A stretch of 64,000 bases of DNA. Origin: an uncultured Nitrospiraceae bacterium (GTDB lineage Bacteria > Nitrospirota > Nitrospiria > Nitrospirales > Nitrospiraceae). Under the pieces are notes generated by a model. It was given only the letters and a program-made list of their open reading frames with translations, made no database searches and was not told the origin of the DNA. Made by a program: the position numbers and the translations under genes. The stretch spans positions 224,001 to 288,000 of the forward strand of contig CAWJWJ010000001.1 of the NCBI GenBank assembly GCA_963846575.1, in the 5' to 3' direction. Positions 61,310 to 64,000 of this stretch are shown here, piece by piece; the first letter of the stretch is position 1; every line of letters starts with the position of its first letter.

Positions 61310-62647
61310 TCAGCCCGGTTTCGCATTCGCGCGCCTCAAACTCAGGACGTAGCTCGTCAGGTCATTGAGCTGGCGGTCGCTCAAAGGAAATTTCGGCATG
61401 ATCGAACCGGGCGTGACGGATTGCGGATTGCGGAAGTGTTTGAGGTGCCAGGCTCGTTCAGGCCGCCGATCTCCGACGAAGGAGAGGTCAGGCCCCACAG
61501 CCCCCCCTTCGCCGTGGATACGATGGCATGCGGCACAGCCGAACTGGGCGAACACGGCCTTGCCCCTCGCGACTTCCGGATCGGTCCTCGGCACCGCATA
61601 CAGATTCTTGATCGAGATGCCCAGCAGCCCAAACACGATGAGCAGGAACAGCAGGCCGCTGGCCAGAGCCACGGGCCGGTGGATCGGATTACGTACGGGG
61701 TTGCGGTCGATGAACGGCCAGAAGAACATGATGAGGATGACAACAACCGGCAGCACCCACGTGGCCAGCGGTTCGAGCGGGCCATGCACGTACTTGAGCA
61801 GTTCGTAGTAGAAGAGGAAGTACCATTCGGGAACCGGCACGAACGTCGTGTCGGAAGGATCGGCCTTGTCCGTGAGCGGCAGGGGGATGGCAAACGCCAA
61901 CGTCGCCACGACCAGGAAGACGCCGGCGATGACGACGGCATCCATGTAGACCTGCCGGGGAGCGAAGGTTTCACTGCCCAGCGACGCCCGCTCGTCGTTC
62001 CAAGGCCCGGCCGGACCCACCCGCCGAAGAATGAACATGTGCAGAGCCACACCGCCGAGGAGGACCGCGGGAAGAAACAACACGTGGACGGCGAAAAACC
62101 TGGTGAGGGTCAAGGCGCCGAGCGTCTCTCCGCCGCGAAGCACGCGCGCGACGAAATCGCCGACGAACGGCACCGTCCCCGCCATGTTGATTCCGACCTG
62201 CGTCGCCCAATAGGCCGTCTGGTCCCAGGGCAACAAATACCCCGTGAAGGCGAAGGTCATAATGAGGAGAAACAACACCATGCCCACCATCCACATCGCC
62301 TCCCGCGGAGCCTTATATGCCCCGTAGAGAAACGTTTGGAGCATATGGAGCCCGATCGCCACGACCATGGCCGACGCGCCCCAATGGTGCAGCCCGCGCA
62401 CGAACCAACCGAAGAGCACCTCTGTTTCGATGAAACGGACGCTGTCGTAGGCATGGTCGGGGGTCGGCGCGTAGTACACCGCGAGGAACATGCCGGTGGC
62501 GGCTTGCAGCACGAACAGGAACAGGGTGGCCGAGCCGAATACATAGATCCAGCTGGCCCCGCCGGGGATGGGCTCATCGAGCAGCGTGCGCTGGACCGGC
62601 TTTAAATTCAGTCGGCTATCCAGCCACTCATACGGTCGAAACGCCAT
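61310..62647 (-). CDS. Cytochrome b fused to a C-terminal monoheme cytochrome c
   Basis: GLHHWGAS, GYLLPWDQ..YW, FAVHV, PEWY, CAACH, GSIMP. Confidence 0.93.
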   Translation of the reverse strand: MAFRPYEWLDSRLNLKPVQRTLLDEPIPGGASWIYVFGSATLFLFVLQAATGMFLAVYYAPTPDHAYDSVRFIETEVLFGWFVRGLHHWGASAMVVAIGLHMLQTFLYGAYKAPREAMWMVGMVLFLLIMTFAFTGYLLPWDQTAYWATQVGINMAGTVPFVGDFVARVLRGGETLGALTLTRFFAVHVLFLPAVLLGGVALHMFILRRVGPAGPWNDERASLGSETFAPRQVYMDAVVIAGVFLVVATLAFAIPLPLTDKADPSDTTFVPVPEWYFLFYYELLKYVHGPLEPLATWVLPVVVILIMFFWPFIDRNPVRNPIHRPVALASGLLFLLIVFGLLGISIKNLYAVPRTDPEVARGKAVFAQFGCAACHRIHGEGGAVGPDLSFVGDRRPERAWHLKHFRNPQSVTPGSIMPKFPLSDRQLNDLTSYVLSLRRANAKPG

Positions 62648-62733
62648 GCCGACTGCTCCGGGAATCGTTGGCGCGAGGAATGGTGCTCCCCCGCGTCCGT
62701 GAGATCAGGACCGCCGTCCCCGAGGACCGGTCT

Positions 62734-63303
62734 TCACAACTCCACGCTCTTCGCCAGGCCGGTCCTGAATTCCTTGTACAGGACGAGCAGTCGTCCGTTC
62801 TCCACCTTCGCCGGCAGGAGATCCAGCGGACGCGGAGCCGGCCCGCCCAGGACCCGGCCGTCGATGTCATACATGCTGCCGTGACAGGGACAGAGAAATT
62901 TCCGTGAGGCGTCATCCCAGCGGTATCCGCATCCCAGGTGCGTGCAGATCGGAGAAAAGACCTTGATGTCTCCCTCCGGCTGCTTGACCGCCCAGACCGC
63001 CTTGTGCGCTTTGGTCTCCATCCATCCGTCACGGAAGGTGGTGACATGCTCCAGCTGAGTAGGTTCTCCCAGAGGCAATTCGTCGACCGGCCCGACATCC
63101 GCCCAGGTGCGGCTCCGGCGCGTAAAGGCCGGCGAAATCAGCGCACCGAGCAGCGGAACAGCCAGTCCGATGCCCACGGCTCCCGCCGCGGCGAGGGTGA
63201 CCCAATGAAAAAATTTCCGGCGGGACCCGACCGGAGTCGAGAACCCGTCCGACGGCTCATGGTCAGGCTGGTGCTGTTGGCTCGGCAATGGTGGTCGCCC
63301 CAT
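62734..63303 (-). CDS. Rieske [2Fe-2S] protein
   Basis: SRRKF Tat motif, CTHLGC, CPCHGSMY, GPAPRPL. Confidence 0.95.
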   Translation of the reverse strand: MGRPPLPSQQHQPDHEPSDGFSTPVGSRRKFFHWVTLAAAGAVGIGLAVPLLGALISPAFTRRSRTWADVGPVDELPLGEPTQLEHVTTFRDGWMETKAHKAVWAVKQPEGDIKVFSPICTHLGCGYRWDDASRKFLCPCHGSMYDIDGRVLGGPAPRPLDLLPAKVENGRLLVLYKEFRTGLAKSVEL

Positions 63304-63392
63304 TCAAATGCCCGCTTCCACGGAGAACAACCGGGGCCGGCGGCGTATCGCGCCCCGTCGAAGTGGTCCGCGAAGTGACCGGCGTCCGCCCG

Positions 63393-63418
63393 CGCCGGAC
63401 CTGAGGGAAGGTCCGGCG
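63393..63418. other. GC-rich hairpin, 10-bp perfect stem
   Basis: CGCCGGACCT-gaggga-AGGTCCGGCG just downstream of the CBS gene stop; no U-tract. Confidence 0.45.
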
Positions 63419-63433
63419 GCCGCCGCCAGGCCC

Positions 63434-63868
63434 TTAGGATTCGATATCCAATCCGAGACCGATCCAGGCCCGCAACAGATCATGCCGGGTGATGGAATAG
63501 GCCACGCTGCCGTTCTGGCTGACGGGAAGATTGTTCAGGCGCTTCTCCTCCATCAGGCGCACGGCCTCATCGATGGTGGTGTTCGCCGTCACCGAAATGT
63601 GCTCTTTCACCATGATCTGCTCGGCCGTCATCTGGCTGAGTTCCTTGTTGGCTTGGAGGGCCTTGAGCACATCGAACTCGCTGATGAAGCCGATGAACGT
63701 GCCCTTGTCGTCGACCACCGGCGCGCCGGACGTATGGGTCGACAACAGCTCCACCGCGATCGCCAGGCCGTTCTGCCCGGAATGGAAGAGCATTTCGTTC
63801 GTGCCGACGATCTGGCCCACCGTCTTAAATCCACCACCGGGAACTCCAGGCATTGTCCTTGTCGTCAT
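63434..63868 (-). CDS. CBS-pair protein
   Basis: SGAPVVD...GFISEFDVL, LNNLPV...ITRHDLL; AAGGAGG RBS. Confidence 0.92.
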   Translation of the reverse strand: MTTRTMPGVPGGGFKTVGQIVGTNEMLFHSGQNGLAIAVELLSTHTSGAPVVDDKGTFIGFISEFDVLKALQANKELSQMTAEQIMVKEHISVTANTTIDEAVRLMEEKRLNNLPVSQNGSVAYSITRHDLLRAWIGLGLDIES

Positions 63869-63901
63869 GACCGCCTCCTTCTGATGGCTGTCTTCCTGCT
63901 G

Positions 63902-64000
63902 TCACGTTTCCCGGGTTCCGGCTGACCCTCGCGGGCAGGTGTTGATGCCGGCCAGTTTCCAGGCCGGGCAGAAGCCGAGCGCCCCGGTGACCAGCGCGAT
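63902..64000 (-). CDS. DUF2892 (YgaP-like) membrane protein, 3' end
   Basis: Reads IALVTGALGFCPAWKLAGINTC...*. Confidence 0.8.
   Translation of the reverse strand: MALVTGALGFCPAWKLAGINTCPRGSAGTRET

Noticed and set aside
1..64000. tRNA, rRNA, CRISPR, prophage, IS elements and defence systems
   Set aside because: No such motifs, repeat-spacer arrays or recombinase/transposase ORFs recognised by eye

Overview
GC-rich, gene-dense bacterial chromosomal window. The gene families look Nitrospira-like, but that is inference from recalled families, not a database result. I saw no rRNA, tRNA, CRISPR array, integrase or transposase. Left to right: (1) 0-9.4 kb holds CBS proteins, TerC, an Slp lipoprotein, two SAM methyltransferases, tandem DUF2238 genes and a basic repeat protein. 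(2) 9.7-18.2 kb and 25.1-30.7 kb are two parallel signalling cassettes built on a CheB-CheR-PAS fusion plus a HisKA_3 PAS kinase. No chemoreceptor is present, two kinases lack the phospho-His, and a CheB accessory domain is split off as its own gene. (3) 22-25 kb is an acsA-(pdhAB)-E2-ACP operon collapsed by a deletion, followed by an RlaP-like nucleotidyltransferase. (4) 31-36.6 kb holds a PRTase, USP, cytochrome c and a GNAT/acyl-CoA synthetase fusion. (5) 36.7-42 kb is a self-contained PEP-CTERM module: HExxH metallopeptidase target, Ig-like partner, PrsT-like TPR lipoprotein and exosortase-EpsI. (6) 42-64 kb is one long minus-strand block for copper, sulfur redox and electron transfer: Rieske/cyt b-c, SoxCD-like, TsdA-like, SorAB-like, OsmC, SodC, DsrE, multiheme cytochromes, cupredoxins and CopZ/CopA. 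Several genes are broken by deletions or frameshifts. All functional calls come from motif recognition by eye and need HMM/BLAST confirmation.
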